From: Cenococcum geophilum
Taxonomy: Eukaryota
DNA: 64,000 bases
Reading direction: 5' to 3'
Assembly: GCA_050273025.1 (NCBI GenBank)
Contig: CP158635.1
Span: 3,658,001-3,722,000, forward strand
In this document: piece by piece, positions 27,401 to 39,748 of the stretch
Layout of the letters: the number at the start of each line of letters is the position of its first letter
How positions within the stretch are numbered: the stretch's first letter is position 1
Notes under the pieces: model-generated
Database searches by the model: none
What the model was told of the DNA's origin: nothing
What the model saw: the letters and a program-made list of their open reading frames with translations, nothing else
Program-made: the position numbers and the translations under genes

Positions 27401-29682
27401 GAGCCGTCACAAGTTGCTCCGGTTATTGTAAAAGACTTAGTAAATATAGCTAGTTACTACTTAGCCAGCGGAACAATACTAAAAAGCCTTAAAGAATCTA
27501 TAACTATAGTTTTACGAAAGGAGGGGAAAAAAGACTATTCTCTCCTAGGCAGCTATAGACTAATTACTCTTAAAAACACGCTAGTAAAAGTCTTAAAGAA
27601 GTATATAGCTAATATTATATCTAAGGTAGCGGAGGAGTATAGGCTACTCCCCTAGAACTAGATAGGAGTAAGGCGTAAGCGATCTATACTATTAGCGGTA
27701 GGACTACTTAGCTTCTATGTATAGATAGCGTAGTAAACGCGCTATAGGTATATAGTGTTAATACTAAGCCTAGATCTAGTAGGGGCATTCGACAATATCT
27801 TATATAAAAGGCTTCTATACATCCTAAAAAGAAAGGGCTTTTTAAAGTAGCTTATAGACGTTATATAAAGCTTCCTAATAGCACGTAAGACCCGTATTAA
27901 GTTTATAGGATATAAGAGCAATTAGATCTAGACGCAGATAGGTATTCCCTAGGGGTCTCCCCTATTGCTAATCCTATTTCTCTTCTTTATATTAGAGCTC
28001 CTAGAGGAATTCTAGAGCCCTAATAACGGTACGCTAGGATTTAGCTTTATAGATAATACGAACCTTATTACCTAGGGGGACTTTACAGCAAAGAACTGTC
28101 GATGGTTAGAGACCGCTTATAACTACTACGCGGTATAGGTAAACCGACACGGCGCGATATTCGCCCTAGAAAAATATTAGCTTATACACTTTATAAGGCA
28201 ATAGTGCTACGCCGTTATAGACCTTGCGTCTACTGTGCGCATTACTGGCTATAAGATAGCTCCCTAGAAAACCAGTATATAGGTTCTAGGGATTTAGGTA
28301 GACCCTAAGCTTTAGTGGAAAGAATAGGTTAAAAAGGCTATAAGTAAGGGCTCAGTAGCCTTCAAAGCGATATTAAGGATCACCACGTCTATATAGGGCC
28401 CATTAATACGCTGCTTGCGCCTCCTATATATAGCTACGGTTTAACTAGCGATACTATATAGCGCCTAAGTATAGGGAGTACGGGACGACGGCGGAACGCT
28501 AGCGAAAAGCCTAATTAAACTGCTATAGAAGGTTTAGAATAGGTGTCTCCGTAGGATTACAGGGGTATATTAGCGAACACTAATAGCTGTAATGGAGAAG
28601 GAAGCAGCTATCCCCCTAATATAGCTCTATATAGAAATAACAGCCCTCTAAAAAGCCGCTAAGACGGCTCCTAATAGGGTAGAAAAGGAATTAGTAGAGG
28701 CACTTAACGGTATCTAGAAAACACTAGTAAAGCGCCAGCAAAAAATAAGACGGCTACTAGTACTACTAAAAGCGCTTAGAGACCGCGTAAGGAACTATAA
28801 GAATAAGATATAGGGCTTCCTTATATACTAGAGGGACTATATAGAGCGGGAAGCCGCGATAAATCCCTATAGGCGTAGCTAGCGGAATGCCGGCAGAACG
28901 TAAACGGAGCGCCGCTAACGTATAGGAGGTTACTAGCACCACTAGTAGGTAACTACCCTTATTGCGAAATGGGCTAACCTAGAGTAGCGCCGACGGTGGT
29001 AGGCGAAGGCTAAAGACCGTACAGAAACTATATAAAGGACCCTATGGGGTAAACCTATAATACTACTATATAAAGACCTAATAAAAGTAGAGGCTATAGT
29101 ACTGTTTCTTCTTTATATAGAGGTAATAGGGCTTAATGCATAGCTTGCATCTATTAGAGTACTAGTAATTCTACTACGGTATAAATGCGGCTAGATAAAA
29201 CAGATAGTTTACTATATATTACTCTAGTATCCACACTACTAAAGGGTAAACTTTATAGCAAAATGCGCGTCTAAATGCCTTTAGGATGTCTTAAGTAATA
29301 AAAGAAGCGCCTAAGTGGCCGTAAAATGGCTAGTATAGTTAGGTGCCTTAACCTAGTTCCGGGCTATAAAGGCAATGGATATAGAGGATATAAGTAGATA
29401 CTAGCCCTTCTAAAGCTTAGAGGACTGGTAAAAGAATATAGGTAAAAGGATAAGGGAAGAAGGGGTAGAGTAAGATTGTCCGCGATGCGCGGTTAGTCGG
29501 CTTAAGATGTAGACCTTTAGATAGGTAGAAGGCGAGCCGCCAGCGCCCCGATATCGGAACGCTGTTATCTCTCTAGCGCGGCCCGCGACCGGGTTTTCTC
29601 TAAGTTAGAGTTTTTTCTATAGAAGGTATTAGCCTGCGTGGACCCACTAGGAGGACCGGGACGGGCGGTAAATTGAATTTAT
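18451..29682 (+). mobile_element. Full-length Tad1-like LINE, RIP-inactivated, interrupted by a Gypsy element
   Basis: 16-bp TSD TATAATAAGCTATATA (18,435-18,450 and 29,683-29,698); ORF1 with zinc knuckles at ~19,560-19,740; ORF2 from ATG 20,070 with AP endonuclease (LLGDFNAH), RT (LRKEGKKDYSL...YRLITLKNTL; GIP*GSPL; FIDNT) and C-terminal CCHC near 29,190. Confidence 0.93.
21460..27411 (+). mobile_element. Ty3/Gypsy chromovirus B, full length, RIP-inactivated
   Basis: 229-bp LTRs 21,460-21,688 and 27,183-27,411 (TG...CA); TSD AGTTG; G-run PPT before 27,183; gag CCHC (~22,965), protease, RT (YLDNILIY ~24,655), RNase H, integrase, chromodomain (~26,885-27,030). Confidence 0.97.
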
Positions 29683-32181
29683 TATAATAAGCTATATATT
29701 AAATAAGAGGAATAGGAGGAACTTATATACCTTATATATAAGACGTACTTTATATATAAGGAGGATTTCTTAAGAGTACAGTTATATATTTAAAGGACTA
29801 TAGTCCCTACCCAGATAGTTCTTTTCTTTATAGTGAATCTTAGAATATAATTAGAGTTAATTTATTAGGCAATTACTTTACTAGTTATTATTACGTTGTT
29901 AACTTCTTATTTACCTATATACCTAGCTTATTAATAAGTTTACCGTAGTTCTTGCTATAAGGCTTTATTATATTAACCGCATATATATTATCTATTTAAA
30001 TAATATTTTAATCTACTTAGAAAATAAGGATTAATATAAGTAACACGTTTATAAAGTGCTAAAACGCTTAAATAATTAGGGCCTTTACGCTAAGGCGTTA
30101 AAGTATATCTTTAATACTAAGTAGGTCGAGTTTCTAGGTTATATTATAACGCCTATAGGTATAGTTATAGACCTAGTACGGGTATAGATAATCTAGGAGT
30201 GGCTAAAGCTAGAGAGCTACTAAGATATTTAAGTATTTTTAGGCTTTGCTAATTTCTATAGGCGCTTTATTTATAACTACTTAAATATTACTTAATACCT
30301 ATCTAACTATATTATAAAGGCTTTTTAAAACCTAACTTAAGGAGCAAAAAGCTTAAAGGCGGTAAGAAAGAAAATTAAGAAAGGACTAACTAAATAGTAT
30401 AAACCATGGTTATAGCCTAAAAAGTTTTAAAAGGCCTTTTAGAAACTTCGCGTAAAGTTTATAAAAGCTCTATTACTACGGCATTTTAACCTAAATTAGC
30501 TATTAATAATAATTACTAATATATTAAATTTTACCCTTATTAGTATCCTACTATAACCTAATAGGCATTTAGACGCTACCTAGCTCTACTAAAGACTAGT
30601 AGTATTTTATAGTAGAAAATTCTAGAGGCCTAAAGTTAGGTATTATACCCATAATAAGGAACTACTAGCTATAGTTAACTACTTTAAATAGTAGCGGTAT
30701 TACCTTAAGCACGCGAGCTATACTACTTTATAATTATAAAGGAGCTTATACCTTAATAAGCCAGATAGGCAAAGGAGCTTATATAATTTAACTTTAAGAT
30801 TAAATATAAGCTAGGGGAAAACAACCCTACTAATAGACTGTTATAATAGCTAGACTATACTAAAGGCTTTAAAACGGGAGAAGGAAAACAGATAATAGAT
30901 ATCTTACTCTCTATATTATAGAACAAGCTCCGGGTATAGGATACTTAAGTACCTATAGCTCTATATATTAAGTCTTAGGCGGTATAAACCCTATTAGCTT
31001 TTACTAACGTTTTAGCTAGTACCTAGTTTATAGCTAATAAGAGTTTAAATATACCTAGATAGGACATCTTTAATGCATTCTTAGAACCTAGTAATATACT
31101 ATCTCTAATTATTAAGCTATCCCCTTAAACTAATAGCGAAGCTATAAAGCAATTAGAACTTAGAGCCCTATAATAACTAAAGGACTTTAACCTTATAGCG
31201 GCCTTCCTAATATATATATATTAAAGAGTTATAAGATCTATAGCACCACCTAATCTTATATTTAGAGTAGTATAAAATAAAATAGCTTTTACTTAGGAAC
31301 TATCTAAAAGGTTAATAAATCTTATCTATAAGGTATAATAGAGGGACGCTTTTTATACTATCTTTAATACGGAAGTAGACCGGAAACGTAATAAAAAGGA
31401 AGCTACTAGGTACTACTATTAGGAACTAGACCCAATAGGCCTACTATATAAAAGTAGTAAGGTTTAGGTGCTATAAGAAGCAAATCTATAACAGAAGATT
31501 CTTATAAAGAATTACAATCATCCTCTAGGCGGCCACTATGGTTAAGTAAAAATAGTAAAATTACTTTAGCGTAAATACTATTAGCTAAGGCTTAAGCAGG
31601 AAGTAAAGGAGTATATTAGCTATTATAAGAGGTGTTAAGTATATAAGATCCGTAGGTATAAGCTATAGGGTTTACTTAAATTAATTCCCCCTACTAGTAA
31701 GCTATAGTAATATTACGCTATAAACTTTATTACAAATCTTCCGCTATCTAAAGATAGCTAAGGATAAATATATAATTTAGTCCTTATACTTATTAATAGG
31801 TTTTTTAAGTACGTCTAATACCTTCTTATTAATAAGACGATTAATATATAAGCGCTCGCCAGCCTAATTAAGGAGAAATACTTTCTTAAAGTAGATTAGC
31901 CGCACTCTATTATTACTAATAGGGGCAGCGTCTTTATAAGCTAGTACTAGTCGGATTTATGCTTTTATTTAAAGATAGACCACTATTATAGTATAGCTTT
32001 CTATTTATAAATAGATGGGTAAACAGAACGCTAGAACTAGGAACTAGAGTTTTACCTATAAATATATTTAAACTACTAGCAAGACAATTAGTGTAAGCTA
32101 CTTCCGTACGTAAAGTATGCTTACAATTTAAAGTAATATATATTATATAAGTATATACTAATCTAGATTGCCTATAGCGTC

Positions 32182-32373
32182 TATAAGCTTTGCAGTGTGG
32201 GAATTAAACGAGCGACTTGATTGTAAATCTATGGAAATCAAGTGGTATAAATACATAAAAGTAGACCCCTAACTCCGGAGCCCATGACTTATATTAAACG
32301 TATCCGAGACATACGAGGGTAGTGCTGATGCAGGTGAAATAGGGTAATATGCAAGGTCCAGTAGTCGGTTACA
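32182..32373. mobile_element. Solo LTR (192 bp) inserted in Gypsy C integrase region
   Basis: TSD GCGTC at 32,177-32,181 and 32,374-32,378; ends TATAAGC (RIP of TGTAAGC)...GGTTACA; much less RIP than flanks. Confidence 0.85.
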
Positions 32374-34629
32374 GCGTCTAATTATTTAGGTTTAATAGTA
32401 TACCTAATAATTACTAGCTAAGGCCGCATAATTAGTTATAGGATCCTACTAGGAAGTCTAAAAACATTTACTAAAGAGTATAAGGATACCTCTAGGAATA
32501 GAAGGAGTAATAAAAGTATGTAAAGTAGAGCCTATAGGATACCTAAAAGTAGTAAAGACTCTAGTATAACCGCAAGCACTAAAATAAGCATTTTGGAGTA
32601 GGCGATAAGGTTCTATTACGTTTAGCGAATATTAAAACCTATTAACTATTAAAAAAGCTTAATATAAGATACCTAGGTCCCTTCTAAATTAAGAAATAAA
32701 TTAATAAATTAGCCTACTGTCTCTAGCTACCCCTATCTATAGCCTATATATATCTAGTGTTTTATATAAACCTACTAGAGCTATAATATAAACTACTATT
32801 AGAAAAGAACTTTCGTCTAGGCCTAATTAAATACCCTAAGGTGGTAAGTAAGCGGTATAAGGTTAAAGCTATACTACGCTATAAGTCTGTTAAGAATAAG
32901 CTTTAATTTAAAGTTAAATAGCTAGGCTAGCCTACTAAGGACTCTATATAGAAACTAGAGGATTACCTCAATTATTATAAAAATATTTTAAAAGAATATT
33001 AGAACTAAGGTCCACAATCTACGAATTATAAAAAGCGCTCTAATACTATAGCATTATCGCAACCTATAAAGAAAGCTTATGAAAAGAGTAAATAGGTTAA
33101 ATCGGATATAAAATAAATAGGCTTTGGAAACTATAGAAATAGGGCTACGGCCTAAGGTAGAATAGGTCCTTAGCCTTTTTATATATATAGCATAGAGTTA
33201 ATAGGGCATTTTACTAGAATTGTATTTCTATTTATTGATCTATACTAGGAATATTATTGTTAGGGCTTTTAAGCCCTTTCTAAAAGCCTTTTAAGCCCTT
33301 TCTAAGTACCTAATTAAGGTCTTTAATTGCTACTATATATAAGAATAAATCCCAAATACCTAATCTAAAAAGCCACTATGCCTTATCCTTAGAAGTAGGA
33401 TTAGTATCTATTGGCCCTTTAAGAGATAGCTAATAAGAATAATATCTAGACCCCTTAGTAGGGGTATAGGTAGGTATAAAAATAGGAGTAAGGTAATAAG
33501 GTATAGCTAGAGCAGAGACTCTTAAACGCTTAACACTAATATTAGGTCTAAACTAATACTACTAAAGCTCTTATAGTGTAAGCTTATAGTTAATAAAGGT
33601 ATGCTTAAGCCTAAAATAAATAAAGATATTAGCTAGCTAGTATAATCTAGAACTACTAAAACCTTACTATAGTAACCGTTAGTTACCTATCTACTAGGTA
33701 CCTAAATAGTAACCTACCTAATAACGCATTATATTATACTCTTTTAAAACTTAACGCGTATACGTAAACTTCTTCCTATAGTAGATAGCAACCTTCTTCT
33801 TATTACCCCTATTTTTTACCCTATCCTTAATATACTAACCTTACTCTTATATTAGGCGTTACTAGCTAGCTTACTAGGAATTATAGGTAGTATAAATAGC
33901 TATAGCATAGTCTTAAATTCGGCTAAGTTATTTAATATTTATACTAGAATAAGAGAGAGCCCAGGCAATATAGTAGTTAAGGATATTAAAGGAATGTTGC
34001 TACTTAAGCCTAGGCTATTAAAGCTTAAAGTTAGTAATAGAAATCTATTAAGAATAGAAAAGCTTACCTTAACGCAACTGCCGCTTTTAGTACGTATGCA
34101 TATAACGAAGCCTTATAGTAGGAACTACGGTGAACTTGTTAATAGGCTGGGTATATAGGTATAGAATAGTCAACAACGTAAATATAACTGGTAGAGTGGT
34201 TACCTAATAAATTAACTCTAATTATATTCTAAGATTTATTATAAGGAGAGAAGAACTATCTAGGTAGGGACTGTGGTCCTTTAAATATATAACCGTACTT
34301 CTAAGAAATCCTCCTTATACGTAAAGTACGTCTTATATATAAGGTACGTAAGTTCCTCTTATTCCTTTTATTTAATACGTAGTATATTATATAACCTTAG
34401 TTACTATTCCTTATTATATAGTTCTATTAGCTCTATCTTAAACCGTGCCTTAATTAACTAACTAGCTGCTTCTAACTCCTCTCTTAGTAGTTATAATATT
34501 ATATTTAAAGCGTTTATAACACTATCTCCCTTCTTCCTATCTTCGTCCTTAAAGACGCTTAATATCTTTAGGTTGTTTACTAGAGGTATAATATCTATCT
34601 AATTAATTTAGTTAATATTGTTGCTTATT

Positions 34630-35281
34630 ATACCTAAAGCTTCTTCTTCTTTATACGCCTAACGTTATACTTATACCGTTACTATAATATTATTACTCGG
34701 TAAGATTATACTATCTCTATATTCTTATTATACAAAAAAAGGGTTAGTTTATATTACGTTAGCAAGTCTATCTTCTTAATAACCGTTTTTTTATTTAGAG
34801 TGCACTAAAGCAAATATTTATTTGTCCTATAATATTCGCTCTACCTCTAATACTAAATATACGCGACCTATTACTCTCAATAGTCGTTTAGTTCCCTAAT
34901 TAATTTATCTTAGGGTCTTATATTTAATTTATTGCTACTTATCTTAATAGCGAGTTATCTTAAGCTCTTATTAAGTTAAAACGTTTTTATAATGCGGAAT
35001 AAAAGGCCCTAGATACTTATATCGCGGTATCTACTTAATTACTCCGTCTTAAGAAGGGTTATAAAAAGGTCCGTTTTAAAGAGTAAAAATTTATAAAATA
35101 AGGTTTATAGAAACTTAGTAATAAAAAAATAAGTTTTCTTTTAACTAAGAAGGAAATAGATCTAAGTAGTTCGGCAACTGCTCTTCTTAGGTCCCCCTTA
35201 GGTAATTTATTTTTTAGTAATTTATTTTTATTAATACTACCTAACCTAATCTCTTCTAATACTCCTATACCTTTTTTATAG
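34630..35281 (+). pseudogene. Antisense accessory ORF of Gypsy D: Zn2Cys6-like cluster plus coiled coil, one intron
   Basis: Codons TAT/TAT/TAT/TAT/TGC/TAT at 34,720, 34,729, 34,750, 34,792, 34,801, 34,828 give C-x2-C-x6-C-x13-C-x2-C-x8-C after TGT>TAT reversal; putative intron 34,859-34,913; downstream helical frame ...ELS*ALIKLKR...LLRLKKG. Confidence 0.65.
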
Positions 35282-36646
35282 CGTTTTTTAAATTTTATAG
35301 TAGCTTCTAGGTAGTCTTATTATAGCCTATCCACTTAACCTTATACTATATTTTATTGTTAATATCCTTATAACTAATTATCTTTAAAACTTACTATTTA
35401 TCTTCCTTTTATCCTCTATATATGTCTGCCTTATAAACTAGTGGCTTAATATTTCTATATACTAGCTTTAGTATCGCAATATACTATATAGGGTAGATCT
35501 TTATTTTAGTTAGTAGGTTTAACTTAAATATAACTAGTGAAATTCTTTATATAATTTTAAAAGGTCCTAGTCTAATATAGTTTAATTTCTTACTTAGTCG
35601 TTAACTCTTAAAATTTTTATATAGTAGCTATACTTTATCTCCCTCTTTAAGATCTAGTCCCTTAAATCTCTTAGTATTATAGTACTTTTTTATTCTTTTT
35701 TATACTCTTTTTACTAATTTTATAAGGTCTATATAAAGATTTATTAATATCTTTATTCTTTTTTTAGCTATACTACTTATTTTCTTTACTTATTATAGTA
35801 ATAATAATATTCTTAACTTATATCTATAATTTGCCTTAAATAGTAATATGCCTATTTCTTCTTATAGTATTGCATTATATATAAACTATATAACTAGTAA
35901 TAGTAATACCTAATTATTCTATGCATAATTAATATAATATCTTAGATACTATTCTAGCGTCTAATTTAATCTTTTTATTTAACTATCTGTCTGCGGATAA
36001 TATATAGTAAAAGTTACTACTCTGACTCCTTATTCCACTAAGAATACCTTTTAGAATACTGCTATAAATCTTAAATCTCTGTCTAATATAATCTTGCTTA
36101 ATACTTTATATCTTATAAATACTTCTTTAATATAAATTCTAGCGATATCTTCCGCTAAAATTTCTTTTATGCATGCTATAAAATAGCCCTATTTAGTTAA
36201 CTTATCTACTATTACTAAAATTACGTTATAATCTTATCCGGTAATAGGATCTCTTAACTTTAGTAACTTAATAATAAAGTCCTATAATATAACCTCCTAT
36301 AGTCTCTTTGGTATTTTAATAGGTTATAGCCCTCTATATAGCTTATACCTTATTAGTTTATTCCTTTAGTAATTTAAATACTCTTTTATTACTTTCCTTG
36401 CAATATTTTAGATTTCGTTAATAATATATTCTTCTTAAAGTCTTAACACTAAGCCTATTACTCTATTATGCCCTTAAGTTATTTCCTTATAGAAATCTTC
36501 TATAAAATACTTTACTATACTCTTTAGGATATACTTTACTTCTTAATTTTTATATATATCTATCTATAGATCTTCTAGCTATACTTTTAGAATTCTTTAT
36601 ACCTAAAAGCTTTCTAGTATCTTATAGACTCTTTCTAGTTTATTAT

Positions 36647-37866
36647 TGTCACAGTACGTGCGGACTGTCAAGGTACGATGTACGAGGTGACTGTATATCA
36701 TTGACAAACGATATCATGTGAGGATCTATGTAGGAGGTGAGGTGGTATATATACACGTCGCTCAGGGGTTAGGTCCGTGCTCATGCATACGCGTAGCCAT
36801 AACAACGCGTCAGGTTAGTGCCGTGATAGTACATCCCTCCCTAACAAGGCGAGCTCCTGTGAGCCAAGTAACGGCAGTAAAAACATAGAGGTAAAAAAAA
36901 TAGACTATATATCCTCATCCTTCTAGTCCTTAAAGGTTCTCGTCCTTCTAGTCCTTAAAGGTCCTCGTTCTTACAGTCCTTAGACCCTCCTACCTATATC
37001 CCTACTACATCGCTCTCCGCTAGTGCTCGTCTTAAGCACTAAATAAAGCTAAAGGCGAAGGGGTAAAATAGGGGAGACGAAAAAAAATGTAACCGCGGGG
37101 CGTATTGCGGATATTAACTCTTAAAAGGCTCAGGGGTTACGGAGATCGAGGTTATTGCGTAGACTTAAAAGGCTTAGAGTGCGGAGATCGAGGTTAAAAC
37201 GTAGATTCTTGTTACGGTAAACTTATAGTATCTATGCGGATTCGAAGACAGAGATAGAGATAGAGACGAGATTGTAACCCATAGTCTTATACTGTAATCA
37301 AGACACAAGGACATAGCCCGTAGGGTGTCTCCCTACAGCCGGCTTTAGAAACTCGGGACGTGAAGCAGAAGCATGGCTAGATACGGAGACTTAGAGACTA
37401 AGAAGAGGAACTATAGCCCGCAGGGTGTCTCCCTGCTGCTGGCCTAGGAAACTTAGAGACTAAGAAGAGAAACTATAGCCCGTAGGGTGTCTCCCTACTA
37501 CTAGCTTAGAAACTCAAAGAGGAGACGGAGAGGTCGGCTCAAGAATTCGGATAGATTCGACAGAGATTTTACTGGGTCGGCATTGTCGTATGGGGGTAAG
37601 AATCCCGCCTGGGGTAGGGTAGCTTTGGAAACGTGGCTTTGGAAACGAGGCCCTACCAGGGGCGTATAAGATGACACGACATACTGTCACAGTACGTGCG
37701 GACTGTCAAGGTACGATGTACGAGGTGACTGTATATCATTGACAAACGATGTCGTGTGAGGATCTATGTAGGAGGTGAGGTGGTATATATACACGTCGCT
37801 CAGGGGTTAGGTCCGTGCTCATGCATACGCGTAGCCATAACAACGCGTCAGGTCAGTGCCGTGACA
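36647..37866 (-). mobile_element. Non-autonomous mini LTR retroelement (TRIM-like), 1,220 bp
   Basis: 182-bp LTRs 36,647-36,828 and 37,685-37,866; TSD ATTAT; minus-strand PPT (AGGGAGGGA) next to 36,829; 856-bp non-coding interior with short tandem duplications. Confidence 0.93.
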
Positions 37867-39339
37867 ATTATTCTCTTAAGTTATTACTAGTTTAGGGTAA
37901 TTATATCTAATCTATCTATTCTTATTTTTACGTAGTATTGCTCCTAATAGCTTCTTATTATTTTATAGTTTAGCTTTTCTATTAAGTATATCTACTCTTA
38001 TATTCTTAGTTCCTTTAGTATACTAAATTTTAAAATAGTATTCTGTAAGCATCTCTACCTATCTAACTTATCTATAATTAAGTTCTTTTATTATTAGGAA
38101 CCCCGTTAAGTTCTTATAATCTATTTTAACTATAAATAGTTTTCTACGCCTTATAAGAATGCTCTTTATTTCTTTAGTACTATAACTATACCTAATAACT
38201 CCTTATTATAGACGTTATAGTTTAACTTTAGTAGTATTATCTTTCTACTATAGTATAATACTGGATGCTATACGTCTTTATACTTTTATAGCAAGTATAC
38301 TCCTAATACGTAGTCTAATATATCCGTTTTTACAACCGTATCTAGTCCTAGTTGGTAGATTTTAAGGATTAACTCCTAGGTAAATAACTCTTTAAGTTCT
38401 TTAAATAACTTCTCTTATTTATTTCTCTATACTTATAGTTCCTCTTTCTTTATAAGCCTGGTAAATAGTTTAATATTCTTTAACTATTATGCTATAAACC
38501 TTCTATAGTAGTTATAAACCCCTAAAAATAACCTTAACTATATTATATTCTCTAGTTCTTACTAACTTACTATAGCTTTAATCTTTTTTAGGTCTATACT
38601 AATATAACCTAATTTAATAATAAATTTAATAAAATTAGTCTTCCTTATAAAGAACTTATATTTCTTAATTGCTACTAATATCTGTTTTTCTTATAGTCTC
38701 TTTAAGACCTATTTAACATATTTCCTATATTCTTCTTTAGTTATTAAGTAGATAATAATATCGTTAAGGTATACTATAATAAACTTATTAAGGTGTTCTT
38801 TTAATATACTATTAATTCTTTTCTAAAATATTATAGGTGTATTTGTTAATCCGAATTATATAACTAATAGCTTATATAGTTCTTTTCTTAATCTAAAGGC
38901 TGCCTTTTATTTATTACCTTCCTTAATTCTAATCTAATGGTATGCCCATTTTAGATATATCTTTATAAAGATTTACGCGTTACCTATCTAATCTTAGATT
39001 TTGCTAATTAAGGGTAAAGGATACCTATCCTTTTAAGTAATACTATTTAACTATCTATAGTTAATGCATAACCTAAGTTTCCCGTTCTTCTTTAGTACAA
39101 ATAATACTGGATAACCTACTAATAACTGTAATAGTCTAATATATCCCTTTTATAAGTTCTTTTAGATAAACTCTTTAAGTGCTTTAGACTCTTCTTTAGT
39201 AAGCTTATAGGTTAAAAAGAACTTTAGACTTGTTCCTGGTTCTAACTCTATTTTATAGTCCTATACTATATAATCTACTAGCTTTTTACTTTCTAGGCTC
39301 TATAGTTTTTTACTATATTTATAGTATCTCTTTAGTATA

Positions 39340-39748
39340 ACGTGTTTTACAAGCGAGCCGTTAGCCTCAAAAACTCACCAAAAAGTAGAAAATCCACACC
39401 TTAATATCTTAACAACCACTTAATAATAAATTTTAATAATTTGGATTTAGACTTTTATATATACTTTATAGCGTCTATTAAATTTATATAGTATATAGTT
39501 TAGTAGTTTTTAAGATATAGCGATTTAGCCTTATTTTAGCCCCCAAATCGCTATATCTTAAAAACTACTAAACTATATACTATATAAATTTAATAGACGC
39601 TATAAAGTATATATAAAAGTCTAAATCCAAATTATTAAAATTTATTATTAAGTGGTTGTTAAGATATTAAGGTGTGGATTTTCTACTTTTTGGTGAGTTT
39701 TTGAGGCTAACGGCTTGCTTGGACTGACGGCTCGCTTGTAAAACACGT
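39340..39748. mobile_element. Foldback MITE of pogo/Fot1 (Tc1-mariner) type
   Basis: Ends ACGTGTTTTACAAGCGAGCCG ... CGGCTCGCTTGTAAAACACGT flanked by TA; whole element is an inverted repeat around an 18-nt loop (39,527-39,544). Confidence 0.9.

Larger units (their letters stand above)
18415..29972 (+). mobile_element. Truncated LTR of the 34,101-43,578 Gypsy family (pieces 18,415-18,450 and 29,683-29,972), split by the LINE and cut by the Starship
   Basis: The two pieces joined equal the reverse complement of LTR 34,101-34,411; the ~110 bp corresponding to 34,412-34,521 are missing at the 18,414 junction. Confidence 0.85.

Noticed and set aside
27395..27655. 86-aa ORF as a novel fusion protein
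   Set aside because: Chance junction of the LTR end with the interrupted LINE RT frame; starts at TTG and ends at a RIP stop.
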